This document shows, one piece after another, positions 40,601 to 55,199 of a stretch of 64,000 bases of DNA; position 1 is the stretch's first letter, and each line of letters opens with the position of its first letter. Origin of the DNA: Eledone cirrhosa (Eukaryota); the NCBI GenBank assembly GCA_964016885.1, contig OZ024742.1, positions 204,476,001 to 204,540,000 of the forward strand, written 5' to 3'. Made by a program: the position numbers and the translations under genes. The notes beneath the pieces are model-generated. The model made no database searches, was not told where the DNA came from, and saw nothing but the letters and a program-made list of their open reading frames with translations.

Positions 40601-43600
40601 TCTCTGGTTTAATGACTGTTATATATTGGTGTACTGTCTCTGGTGTAATGACTGTGATGTATTGGTGTACTGTCACTGACTGGTGTAATGACTGTTATAT
40701 ATTGGTGTACTGTCACTGACTAGTGTAGTGACTGTTATGTATTGGTGTGCTGTCTCTGACTGGTGTAATGACTGTTATGTATTGGTGTACTGTCACTGAC
40801 TGGTGTAATGACTGTTATGTATTGGTGTACTGTCACTGACTGGTGTAATGACTGTTATGTATTGGTGTACTGTCACTGACTGGTGTAATGACTGTTATGT
40901 ATTGGTGTACTGTCACTGACTGGTGTAATGACTGTTATGTATTGGTGTACTGTCACTGACTGGTGTAATGACTGTTATGTATTGGTGTACTGTCACTGGT
41001 GTAATGACTGTTATGTATTGGTGTTCTGTCACTGGTGTAATGACTGTTATGTATTGGTGTACTGTCACTGACTGGTGTAATGATTGTTATGTATTGGTGT
41101 ACTGTCACTGACTGGTGTAATGACTGTTATGTATTGGTGTACTGTCACTGACTGGTGTAATGACTGTTATGTATTGGTGTACTGTCACTGACTGGTGTAA
41201 TGACTGTTATGTATTGGTGTACTGTCACTGGTGTAATGACTGTTATGTATTGGTGTACTGTCACTGGTGTAATGACTGTTATGTATTGGTGTACTGTCAC
41301 CGACTCATGTAATGACTGTTATGTATTGGTGTACTGTCACTGACTGGTGTAATGACTGTTATGTATTGGTGTACTGTCACTGACTGGTGTAATGACTGTT
41401 ATATATTGGTGTACTGTCACTGGTGTAATGACTGTTATGTATTGGTGTACTGTCACTGGTTTAATGACTGTTATGTATTGGTGTACTGTCACTGGTGTAA
41501 TGACTGTTATGTATTGGTGTACTGTCACTGACTGGTGTAATGACTGTTATGTATTAGTGTACTGTCACTGGTGTAATAACTGTTATGTTTTGGTGTACTG
41601 TCTCTGGTGTAATGACTGTTATATATTGGTGTACTGTCACTGACTGGCGTAACGACTGTTATATATTGGTGTACTGTCACTGACTGGTGTAATGACAGTT
41701 ATGTATTGGTGTACTGTCTCTGGTGTAATGACTGTTATGTATTGGTGTACTGTCACTGGTGTAATGACTGTTATGTATTGGTGTACTTTCACTGGTGTAA
41801 TGGCTGTTATGTATTGGTGTACTGTCACTGGTGTAATGAGTGTTATGTATTGGTGTACTGTCACTGACTGTTGTAATGACTGTTATGTATTGGTGTACTG
41901 TCTCTGGTGTAATGACTGTTATGTATTGGTGTACTGTCTCTGGTGTAATGACTGTGATGTATTGGTGTACTGTCACTGACTGGTGTAATGACTGTTATAT
42001 ATTGGTGTACCGTCACTGGTGTAATGACTGTTATGTTTTGGTGTACTGTCTCTGGTGTAATGACTGTTATGTATTGGTGTACTGTCACTGACTGGTGTAA
42101 TGACTGTTATGTATTGGTGTACTGTCACTGACTGGTGTAATGTCTGTTATTTATTGGTGTACTGTCACTGACTGATGTAATTACTGTTATGTATTGGTGT
42201 ACTGTCACTGGTGTAATGACTGTTATGTATTGGTGTACTGTCACTGACTGGTGTAATGACTGTTATGTATTGGTGTACTGTCACTGACTGGTGTAATGAC
42301 TGTTATGTATTGGTGTACTGTCTCTGGTGTAATGACTGTTATGTATTGGTGTACTGTCACTGGTGTAATGACTGTTATGTATTGGTGTACTGTCACTGGT
42401 GTAATGACTGTTATGTATTGGTGTACTGTCACTGACTGATGTAATGACTGTTGTGTATTGGTGTACTGTCTCTGGTGTAATGACTGTTATATAATGGTGT
42501 ACTGTCTCTGGTGTAATGACTGTTATGTATTGGTGTACTGTCACTGGTGTAATGACTGTTATGTATTGGTGTACTGTCACTGGTGTAATGACTGTTATGC
42601 ATTGGTATACTGTCACTGGTGTAATGACTGTTATGTATTGGTGTACTGTCACTGACTGGTGTAATGACTGTTATGTATTGGTGTACTGTCACTGGCTGGT
42701 GTAATGACTGTTATATATTGGTGTACTGTCACTGGTGTAATGACTGTTATGTATTGGTGTACTCTCACTGGTTTAATGACTGTTATGTATTGGTGTACTG
42801 TCACTGGTGTAATGACTGTTATGTATTGGTGTACTGTCACTGGTGTAATGACTGTTATGTATTAGTGTACTGTCACTGGTGTAATGACTGTTATGTATTG
42901 GTGTACTGTCACTGACTGGTGTAATGACTGTTATGTATTGGTGTACTGTCACTGGTGTAATGACTGTTATGTATTGGTGTACTGTCACTGGTGTAATTAC
43001 TGTTATGCATTGGTGTACTGTCACTGACTGGTGCAATGACTGTTATGTATTGGTGTACTGTCACTGGTGTAATGACTGTTATGTATTGGTGTACTGTCAC
43101 TGGTGTAATGACTGTTATGTATTGGTTTACTGTCACTGGTGTAATGACTGTTATGTATTGGTGTACTGTCACTGGTGTAATGACTGTTCTGTATTGGTGT
43201 ACTGTCAATGACAGGTGTAATGACTGTTATGTATTGTTGTACTGTCACTGGTGTAATCACTGTTATGTATTGGTGTACTGTCTCTGGTGTAATGACTGTC
43301 ATATATTGGTGTATTGTCTCTGGTGTAATGACTGTTATGTATTGGTGTACTGTCACTGACTGGTGTAATGACTGTTATGTATTGGTGTACTGTCACTGGT
43401 GTAATGACTGTTATGTATTGGTGTTCTGTCACTGGTGTAATGACTGTTATGTATTGGTGTACTGTCACTGACTGGTGTAATGACTGTTATGTATTGGTGT
43501 ACTGTCACTGACTGGTGTAATGACTGTTATGTATTGGTGCACTGTCACTGACTGGTGTAATGACTGTTATGTATTGGTGTACTGTCTCTGGTGTAATGAC

Positions 43601-46600
43601 TGTTATGTATTGGTGTACTGTCACTGGTGTAATGACTGTTATGTATTGGTGTACTGTCACTGGTGTAATGACTGTTATGTATTGGTATACTGTCACTGGT
43701 GTAATGACTGTTATGTATTGGTGTACTGTCACTGACTGGTGTAATGACTGTTATGTATTGGTGTACTGTCACTGGCTGGTGTAATGACTGTTATATATTG
43801 GTGTACTGTCACTGGTGTAATGACTGTTATGTATTGGTGTACTGTCACTGGTTTAATGACTGTTATGTATTGGTGTACTGTCACTGGTGTAATGACTGTT
43901 ATGTATTGGTGTACTGTCACTGACTGGTGTAATGACTGTTATGTATTGGTGTACTGTCACTGGTGTAATGACTGTTATGTATTGGTATACTGTCACTGGT
44001 GTAATGACTGTTATGTATTGGTGTACTGTCACTGACTGGTGTAATGACTGTTATGTATTGGTGTACTGTCACTGGCTGGTGTAATGACTGTTATATATTG
44101 GTGTACTGTCACTGGTGTAATGACTGTTATGTTTTGGTGTACTGTCTCTGGTGTAATGACTGTTATATATTGGTGTACTGTCACTGGTGTAATGACTGTT
44201 ATGTATTGGTGTACTGTCACTGGTGTAATGACTGTTATGTATTGGTGTACTGTCACGGACTGGTGTAATGACTGTTATGTATTGGTGTACTGTCTCTGGT
44301 TTAATGACTGTTATATATTGGTGTACTGTCTCTGGTGTAATGACTGTGATGTATTGGTGTACTGTCACTGACTGGTGTAATGACTGTTATATATTGGTGT
44401 ACTGTCACTGACTAGTGTAGTGACTGTTATGTATTGGTGTGCTGTCTCTGACTGGTGTAATGACTGTTATGTATTGGTGTACTGTCACTGACTGGTGTAA
44501 TGACTGTTATGTATTGGTGTACTGTCACTGACTGGTGTAATGACTGTTATGTATTGGTGTACTGTCACTGACTGGTGTAATGACTGTTATGTATTGGTGT
44601 ACTGTCACTGACTGGTGTAATGACTGTTATGTATTGGTGTACTGTCACTGACTGGTGTAATGACTGTTATGTATTGGTGTACTGTCACTGGTGTAATGAC
44701 TGTTATGTATTGGTGTTCTGTCACTGGTGTAATGACTGTTATGTATTGGTGTACTGTCACTGACTGGTGTAATGATTGTTATGTATTGGTGTACTGTCAC
44801 TGACTGGTGTAATGACTGTTATGTATTGGTGTACTGTCACTGACTGGTGTAATGACTGTTATGTATTGGTGTACTGTCACTGACTGGTGTAATGACTGTT
44901 ATGTATTGGTGTACTGTCACTGGTGTAATGACTGTTATGTATTGGTGTACTGTCACTGGTGTAATGACTGTTATGTATTGGTGTACTGTCACCGACTCAT
45001 GTAATGACTGTTATGTATTGGTGTACTGTCACTGACTGGTGTAATGACTGTTATGTATTGGTGTACTGTCACTGACTGGTGTAATGACTGTTATATATTG
45101 GTGTACTGTCACTGGTGTAATGACTGTTATGTATTGGTGTACTGTCACTGGTTTAATGACTGTTATGTATTGGTGTACTGTCACTGGTGTAATGACTGTT
45201 ATGTATTGGTGTACTGTCACTGACTGGTGTAATGACTGTTATGTATTAGTGTACTGTCACTGGTGTAATAACTGTTATGTTTTGGTGTACTGTCTCTGGT
45301 GTAATGACTGTTATATATTGGTGTACTGTCACTGACTGGCGTAACGACTGTTATATATTGGTGTACTGTCACTGACTGGTGTAATGACAGTTATGTATTG
45401 GTGTACTGTCTCTGGTGTAATGACTGTTATGTATTGGTGTACTGTCACTGGTGTAATGACTGTTATGTATTGGTGTACTTTCACTGGTGTAATGGCTGTT
45501 ATGTATTGGTGTACTGTCACTGGTGTAATGAGTGTTATGTATTGGTGTACTGTCACTGACTGTTGTAATGACTGTTATGTATTGGTGTACTGTCTCTGGT
45601 GTAATGACTGTTATGTATTGGTGTACTGTCTCTGGTGTAATGACTGTGATGTATTGGTGTACTGTCACTGACTGGTGTAATGACTGTTATATATTGGTGT
45701 ACCGTCACTGGTGTAATGACTGTTATGTATTGGTGTACTGTCTCTGGTGTAATGACTGTTATGTATTGGTGTACTGTCACTGACTGGTGTAATGACTGTT
45801 ATGTATTGGTGTACTGTCACTGACTGGTGTAATGTCTGTTATTTATTGGTGTACTGTCACTGACTGATGTAATTACTGTTATGTATTGGTGTACTGTCAC
45901 TGGTGTAATGACTGTTATGTATTGGTGTACTGTCACTGACTGGTGTAATGACTGTTATGTATTGGTGTACTGTCACTGACTGGTGTAATGACTGTTATGT
46001 ATTGGTGTACTGTCTCTGGTGTAATGACTGTTATGTATTGGTGTACTGTCACTGGTGTAATGACTGTTATGTATTGGTGTATTGTCACTGGTGTAATGAC
46101 TGTTATGTATTGGTGTACTGTCACTGACTGATGTAATGACTGTTGTGTATTGGTGTACTGTCTCTGGTGTAATGACTGTTATATAATGGTGTACTGTCTC
46201 TGGTGTAATGACTGTTATGTATTGGTGTACTGTCACTGGTGTAATGACTGTTATGTATTGGTGTACTGTCACTGGTGTAATGACTGTTATGCATTGGTAT
46301 ACTGTCACTGGTGTAATGACTGTTATGTATTGGTGTACTGTCACTGACTGGTGTAATGACTGTTATGTATTGGTGTACTGTCACTGGCTGGTGTAATGAC
46401 TGTTATATATTGGTGTACTGTCACTGGTGTAATGACTGTTATGTATTGGTGTACTCTCACTGGTTTAATGACTGTTATGTATTGGTGTACTGTCACTGGT
46501 GTAATGACTGTTATGTATTGGTGTACTGTCACTGACTGGTTTAATGACTGTTATGTATTGGTGTACTGTCACTGGTGTAATGACTGTTATGTTTTGGTGT

Positions 46601-49600
46601 ACTGTCTCTGGTGTAATGACTGTTATGTATTGGTGTACTGTCACGGACTGGTGTAATGACTGTTATGTATTGGTGTACTGTCTCTGGTTTAATGACTGTT
46701 ATATATTGGTGTACTGTCTCTGGTGTAATGACTGTGATGTATTGGTGTACTGTCACTGACTGGTGTAATGACTGTTATATATTGGTGTACTGTCACTGAC
46801 TGGTGTAATGACTGTTATGTATTGGTGTACTGTCACTGACTGGTGTAATGACTGTTATGTATTGGTGTACTGTCACTGACTGGTGTAATGACTGTTATGT
46901 ATTGCTGTACTGTCACTGACTGGTGTAATGACTGTTATGTATTGGTGTACTGTCACTGGTGTAATGACTGTTATGTATTGGTGTTCTGTCACTGGTGTAA
47001 TGACTGTTATGTATTGGTGTACTGTCACTGACTGGTGTAATGACTGTTATGTATTGGTGTACTGTCACTGACTGGTGTAATGACTGTTATGTATTGGTGT
47101 ACTGTCACTGACTGGTGTAATGACTGTTATGTATTGGTGTACTGTCACTGACTGGTGTAATGACTGTTATGTATTGGTGTACTGTCACTGGTGTAATGAC
47201 TGTTATGTATTGTTGTTCTGTCACTGGTGTAATGACTGTTATGTATTGGTGTACTGTCACTGACTGGTGTAATGACTGTTATGTATTGGTGTACTGTCAC
47301 TGACTGGTGTAATGACTGTTATGTATTGGTGTACTGTCACTGACTGGTGTAATGACTGTTATGTATTGGTGTACTGTCTCTGGTGTAATGACTGTTATGT
47401 ATTGGTGTACTGTCACTGACTGGTGTAATGACTGTTATATATTGGTGTACTGTCACTGGTGTAATGACTGTTATGTATTGGTGTACTGTCACTGGTTTAA
47501 TGACTGTTATGTATTGGTGTACTGTCACTGGTGTAATGACTGTTATGTATTGGTGTACTGTCACTGACTGGTGTAATGACTGTTATGTATTAGTGTACTG
47601 TCACTGGTGTAATAACTGTTATGTTTTGGTGTACTGTCTCTGGTGTAATGACTGTTATATATTGGTGTACTGTCACTGACTGGCGTAACGACTGTTATAT
47701 ATTGGTGTACTGTCACTGACTGGTGTAATGACAGTTATGTATTGGTGTACTGTCTCTGGTGTAATGGCTGTTATGTATTGGTGTACTGTCACTGGTGTAA
47801 TGACTGCTATGTATTGGTGTACTTTCACTGGTGTAATGACTGTTATGTATTGGTGTACTGTCACTGGTGTAATGAGTGTTATGTATTGGTGTACTGTCAC
47901 TGACTGTTGTAATGACTGTTATGTATTGGTGTACTGTCTCTGGTGTAATGACTGTTATGTATTGGTGTACTGTCTCTGGTGTAATGACTGTGATGTATTG
48001 GTGTACTGTCACTGACTGGTGTAATGACTGTTATATATTGGTGTACCGTCACTGGTGTAATGACTGTTCTGTATTGGTGTACTGTCTCTGGTGTAATGAC
48101 TGTTATGTATTGGTGTACTGTCACTGACTGGTGTAATGACTGTTATGTATTGGTGTACTGTCACTGACTGGTGTAATGACTGTTATGTATTGGTGTACTG
48201 TCACTGACTGGTGTAATGACTGTTATGTATTGGTGTACTGTCACTGACTGGTGTAATGACTGTTATATATTGGTGTACTGTCTCTGGTGTAATGACTGTT
48301 ATGTATTGGTGTACTGTCTCTGGTGTAATGACTGTTATATATTGGTGTACTGTCTCTGGTGTAATGACTGTTACGTTTTGGTGTACTGTCACTGGTGTAA
48401 TGACTGTTATGTATTGGTGTACTGTCACTGGTGTAATGACTGGTATGTATTGGTGTACTGTCACTGACTGGTGTAATGACTGTTATGTATTGGTGTACTG
48501 TCACTGGTGTAATGACTGTTATGTATTGGTGTACTGTCACTGGTGTAATGACTGTTATGCATTGGTGTACTGTCACTGACTGGTGCAATGACTGTTATGT
48601 ATTGGTGTACTGTCACTGGTGTAATGACTGTTATGTATTGGTGTACTGTCACTGACTGGTGTAATGACTGTTATGTATTGGTGTACTGTCACTGACTGGT
48701 GTAATAACTGTTATGTATTGGTGTACTGTCACTGGTGTAATGACTGTTATGTTTTGGTGTACTGTCTCTGGTGTAATGACTGTTATGTATTGGTGTACTG
48801 TCACGGACTGGTGTAATGACTGTTATGTATTGGTGTACTGTCTCTGGTTTAATGACTGTTATATATTGGTGTACTGTCTCTGGTGTAATGACTGTGATGT
48901 ATTGGTGTACTGTCACTGACTGGTGTAATGACTGTTATATATTGGTGTACTGTCACTGACTGGTGTAATGACTGTTATGTATTGGTGTACTGTCACTGAC
49001 TGGTGTAATGACTGTTATGTATTGGTGTACTGTCACTGACTGGTGTAATGACTGTTATGTATTGGTGTACTGTCACTGACTGGTGTAATGACTGTTATGT
49101 ATTGGTGTACTGTCACTGGTGTAATGACTGTTATGTATTGGTGTTCTGTCACTGGTGTAATGACTGTTATGTATTGGTGTACTGTCACTGACTGGTGTAA
49201 TGACTGTTATGTATTGGTGTACTGTCACTGACTGGTGTAATGACTGTTATGTATTGGTGTACTGTCACTGACTGGTGTAATGACTGTTATGTATTGGTGT
49301 ACTGTCACTGACTGGTGTAATGACTGTTATGTATTGGTGTACTGTCACTGGTGTAATGACTGTTATGTATTGGTGTTCTGTCACTGGTGTAATGACTGTT
49401 ATGTATTGGTGTACTGTCACTGACTGGTGTAATGACTGTTATGTATTGGTGTACTGTCACTGACTGGTGTAATGACTGTTATGTATTGGTGTACTGTCAC
49501 TGACTGGTGTAATGACTGTTATGTATTGGTGTACTGTCTCTGGTGTAATGACTGTTATGTATTGGTGTACTGTCACTGGTGTAATGACTGTTATGTATTG

Positions 49601-52600
49601 GTGTACTGTCACTGGTGTAATGACTGTTATGTATTGGTGTACTGTCACCGACTCATGTAATGACTGTTATGTATTGGTGTACTGTCACTGACTGGTGTAA
49701 TGACTGTTATGTATTGGTGTACTGTCACTGACTGGTGTAATGACTGTTATATATTGGTGTACTGTCACTGGTGTAATGACTGTTATGTATTGGTGTACTG
49801 TCACTGGTTTAATGACTGTTATGTATTGGTGTACTGTCACTGGTGTAATGACTGTTATGTATTGGTGTACTGTCACTGACTGGTGTAATGACTGTTATGT
49901 ATTAGTGTACTGTCACTGGTGTAATTATTGTTATGTTTTGGTGTACTGTCTCTGGTGTAATGACTGTTATATATTGGTGTACTGTCACTGACTGGCGTAA
50001 CGACTGTTATATATTGGTGTACTGTCACTGACTGGTGTAATGACAGTTATGTATTGGTGTACTGTCTCTGGTGTAATGGCTGTTATGTATTGGTGTACTG
50101 TCACTGGTGTAATGACTGTTATGTATTGGTGTACTTTCACTGGTGTAATGACTGTTATGTATTGGTGTACTGTCACTGGTGTAATGAGTGTTATGTATTG
50201 GTGTACTGTCACTGACTGTTGTAATGACTGTTATGTATTGGTGTACTGTCTCTGGTGTAATGACTGTTATGTATTGGTGTACTGTCTCTGGTGTAATGAC
50301 TGTGATGAATTGGTGTACTGTCACTGACTGGTGTAATGACTGTTATATATTGGTGTACCGTCACTGGTGTAATGACTGTTATGTATTGGTGTACTGTCTC
50401 TGGTGTAATGACTGTTATGTATTGGTGTACTGTCACTGACTGGTGTAATGACTGTTATGTATTGGTGTACTGTCACTGACTGGTGTAATGACTGTTATGT
50501 ATTGGTGTACTGTCACTGACTGGTGTAATGGCTGTTATGTATTGGTGTACTGTCACTGACTGGTGTAATGACTGTTATATATTGGTGTACTGTCTCTGGT
50601 GTAATGACTGTTATGTATTGGTGTACTGTCTCTGGTGTAATGACTGTTATATATTGGTGTACTGTCTCTGGTGTAATGACTGTTACGTTTTGGTGTACTG
50701 TCACTGGTGTAATGACTGTTATGTATTGGTGTACTGTCACTGGTGTAATGACTGGTATGTATTGGTGTACTGTCACTGACTGGTGTAATGACTGTTATGT
50801 ATTGGTGTACTGTCACTGGTGTAATGACTGTTATGTATTGGTGTACTGTCACTGGTGTAATGACTGTTATGCATTGGTGTACTGTCACTGACTGGTGCAA
50901 TGACTGTTATGTATTGGTGTACTGTCACTGGTGTAATGACTGTTATGTATTGGTGTACTGTCACTGGTGTAATGACTGTTATGTATTGGTGTACTGTCAC
51001 TGGTGTAATGACTGTTATGTATTGGTGTACTGTCACTGGTGTAATGACTGTTCTGTATTGGTGTACTGTCACTGACTGGTGTAATGACTGTTATGTATTG
51101 GTGTACTGTCACTGGTGTAATCACTGTTATGTATTGGTGTACTGTCTCTGGTGTAATGACTGTTATGTATTGGTGTATTGTCTCTGGTGTAATGACTGTT
51201 ATGTATTGGTGTACTGTCACTGACTGGTGTAATGACTGTTATGTATTGGTGTACTGTCACTGGTGTAATGACTGTTATGTATTGGTGTTCTGTCACTGGT
51301 GTAATGACTGTTATGTATTGGTGTACTGTCACTGACTGGTATAATGACTGTTATGTATTGGTGTACTGTCACTGACTGGTGTAATAACTGTTATGTATTG
51401 GTGTACTGTCACTGACTGGTGTAATGACTGTTATGTATTGGTGTACTGTCTCTGGTGTAATGACTGTTATGTATTGGTGTACTGTCACTGGTGTAATGAC
51501 TGTTATGTATTGGTGTACTGTCACTGGTTTAATGACTGTTATGTATTGGTGTACTGTCACTGGTGTAATGACTGTTATGTATTGGTGTACTGACACTGAC
51601 TGGTGTAATGACTGTTATATATTGGTGTACTGTCTCTGGTGTAATGACTGTTATGTATTGGTGTACTGTCACTGGTGTAATGACTTTTATATATTGGTGT
51701 ACTGTCACTGGTGTAATGACTGTTATGTATTGGTGTACTGTCACTGACTGGTGTTATGACTGTTATGTATTGGTGTACTGTCTCTGGTGTAATGACTGTT
51801 ATATATTCGTGTACTGTCTCTGGTATAATGTCTGTTATGTTTTGGTGCACTGTCACTGGTGTAATGACTGTTATGTATTGGTGTACTGTCACTGGTGTAA
51901 TGACTGTTATGTATTAGTGTACTGTCACTGGTGTAATGACTGTTATGTATTGGTGTACTGTCACTGACTGGTGTAATGACTGTTATGTATTGGTGTACTG
52001 TCACTGGTGTAATGACTGTTATGTATTGGTGTACTGTCACTGGTGTAATTACTGTTATGCATTGGTGTACTGTCACTGACTGGTGCAATGACTGTTATGT
52101 ATTGGTGTACTGTCACTGGTGTAATGACTGTTATGTATTGGTGTACTGTCACTGGTGTAATGACTGTTATGTATTGGTTTACTGTCACTGGTGTAATGAC
52201 TGTTATGTATTGGTGTACTGTCACTGGTGTAATGACTGTTCTGTATTGGTGTACTGTCAATGACAGGTGTAATGACTGTTATGTATTGGTGTACTGTCAC
52301 TGGTGTAATCACTGTTATGTATTGGTGTACTGTCACTGGTGTAATCACTGTTATGTATTGGTGTACTGTCTCTGGTGTAATGACTGTTATATATTGGTGT
52401 ATTGTCTCTGGTGTAATGACTGTTATGTATTGGTGTACTGTCACTGACTGGTGTAATGACTGTTATGTATTGGTGTACTGTCACTGGTGTAATGACTGTT
52501 ATGTATTGGTGTTCTGTCACTGGTGTAATGACTGTTATGTATTGGTGTACTGTCACTGACTGGTGTAATGACTGTTATGTATTGGTGTACTGTCACTGAC

Positions 52601-52730
52601 TGGTGTAATGACTGTTATGTATTGGTGCACTGTCACTGACTGGTGTAATGACTGTTATGTATTGGTGTACTGTCTCTGGTGTAATGACTGTTATGTATTG
52701 GTGTACTGTCACTGGTGTAATGACTGTTAT
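30940..52730 (+). repeat. Long-range duplication: ~30.9-39.95 kb repeated at ~43.6-52.7 kb (offset 12704, then 12744, then 12780)
   Basis: ORF pairs 31025/43729, 34633/47337 and 35985/48689 (12704); 36713/49457 and 39217/51961 (12744, one extra 40-mer); 39813/52593 (12780, one extra 36-mer, visible as doubled aatcactg units at ~52307/52343). Confidence 0.92.
39150..46530 (+). repeat. Direct tandem duplication of a 3692-bp block (~39.15-42.84 kb and ~42.84-46.53 kb)
   Basis: ORF pairs 39217/42909, 40037/43729, 41637/45329 and 42649/46341 are offset by 3692. Markers attagtg (39169/42861), tgtcaatgacagg and gtgcactg recur at the same offset. Confidence 0.93.
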
Positions 52731-55199
52731 GTATTGGTGTACTGTCTCTGGTGTAATGACTGTTATATATTGGTGTACTGTCACTGACTGGTGTAATGAC
52801 TGTTATATATTGGTGTACTGTCACTGACTGGTGTAATGACAGTTATGTATTGGTGTATTGTCACTGGTGTAATGACTGTTATGTATTGGTGTACTGTCAC
52901 TGGTGTAATGACTGTTATGTATTGGTGTACTGTCACTGGTGTAATGACTGTTATGTATTGGTGTACTTTCACTGGTGTAATGACTGTGATGCATTGGTGT
53001 ACTGTCACTGGTGTAATGACTGTTATGTATTGGTGTACTGTCACTGACTGTTGTAATGACTGTTATGTATTGGTGTACTGTCTCTGGTGTAATGACTGTT
53101 ATGTATTGGTGTACTGTCTCTGGTGTAATGACTGTGATGTATTGGTGTACTGTCACTGACTGGTGAAATGACTGTTATATTTTGGTGTACCGTCACTGGT
53201 GTAATGACTGTTATGTATTGGTGTACTGTCTCTGGTGTAATAACTGTTATGTATTGGTGTACTGTCACTGACTGGTGTAATGACTGTTATGTATTGGTGT
53301 ACTGTCACTGACTGGTGTAATGACTGTTATGTATTGGTGTACTGTCACTGACTGGTGTAATGACTGTTATGTATTGGTGTACTGTCACTGACTGGTGTAA
53401 TGACTGTTATGTATTGGTGTACTGTCTCTGGTGTAATGACTGTTATGTATTGGTGTACTGTCTCTGGTGTAATGACTGTGATGAATTGGTGTACTGTCAC
53501 TGACTGGTGTAATGACTGTTATATATTGGTGTACCGTCACTGGTGTAATGACTGTTATGTATTGGTGTACTGTCACTGACTGGTGTAATGACTGTTATGT
53601 ATTGGTGTACTGTCACTGACTGGTGTAATGACTGTTATGTATTGGTGTACTGTCACTGACTGGTGTAATGACTGTTATGTATTGGTGTACTGTCACTGAC
53701 TGGTGTAATGACTGTTATATATTGGTGTACTGTCTCTGGTGTAATGACTGTTATGTATTGGTGTACTGTCTCTGGTGTAATGACTGTTATATATTGGTGT
53801 ACTGTCTCTGGTGTAATGACTGTTATGTTTTGGTGTACTGTCACTGACTGGTGTAATGACTGTTATGTATTGGTGTACTGTCTCTGGTGTAATGACTGTT
53901 ATGTATTGGTGTACTGTCACTGGTGTAATGACTGTTATGCATTGTTGTACTGTCACTGACTGGTGCAATGACTGTTATGTATTGGTGTACTATCACTGGT
54001 GTAATGACTGTTATGTATTGGTGTACTGTCACTGGTGTAATGACTGTTATGTATTGGTGTACTGTCACTGGTGTAATGACTGTTATGTATTGGTGTACTG
54101 TCACTGGTGTAATGACTGTTATGTATTGGTGTACTGTCACTGGTGTAATGACTGTTATGTATTGGTGTACTCTCACTGACTGGTGTAATGACTGTTATGT
54201 ATTGGTGTACTGTCACTGGTGTAATCACTGTTATGTATTGGTGTACTGTCTCTGGTGTAATGACTGTTATGTATTGGTGTATTGTCTCTGGTGTAATGAC
54301 TGTTATGTATTGGTGTACTGTCACTGACTGGTGTAATGACTGTTATGTATTGGTGTTCTGTCACTGGTGTAATGACTGTTATGTATTGGTGTACTGTCAC
54401 TGACTGGTGTAATGACTGTTATGTATTGGTGTACTGTCACTGACTGGTGTAATGACTGTTATGTATTGGTGTACTGTCACTGGTGTAATGACTGTTATGT
54501 TTGGTGTACTGTCACTGGTGTAATGACTGTTATGTATTGGTGTACTGTCACTGACTGGTGTAATGACTGTTATGTATTGGTGTATTGTCTCTGGTATAAT
54601 GACTGTTATGTATTGGTGTACTGTCACTGACTGGTGTAATGACTGTTATGTGTTGGTGTACTGTCTCTGGTGTAATGACTGTTATGTATTGGTGTACTGT
54701 CACTGACTGGTGTAATGACTGTTATGTATTGGTGTACTGTCACTGGTGTAATGACTGTTATATATTAGTGTACTGTCACTGGTGTAATGACTGTTATGTA
54801 TTGGTGTACTGTCACTGGTGTAATGACTGTTATGTATTGGTGTACTGTCACTGGTGTAATGACTGTTATGTATTGGTGTACTGTCTCTGGTGTAATGACT
54901 GTGATGTATTGGTGTACTCTCACTGACTGATGTAATGACTGTTATGTATTGGTGTACTGTCTCTGACTGGTGTAATGACTGTTATGTATTGGTGTACTGT
55001 CTCTGACTGGTGTAATGACTGTTATGTATTGGTGTACTGTCACTGGTGTAATGACTGTTATGTATTGGTGTACTGTCACTGGTGTAATGACTGTTATGTA
55101 TTGGTGTACTGTCACTGACTGGTGTAATGACTGTTATGTATTGGTGTACTGTCACTGACTGGTGTAATGGCTGTTATGTATTGGTGTACTGTCACTGAC

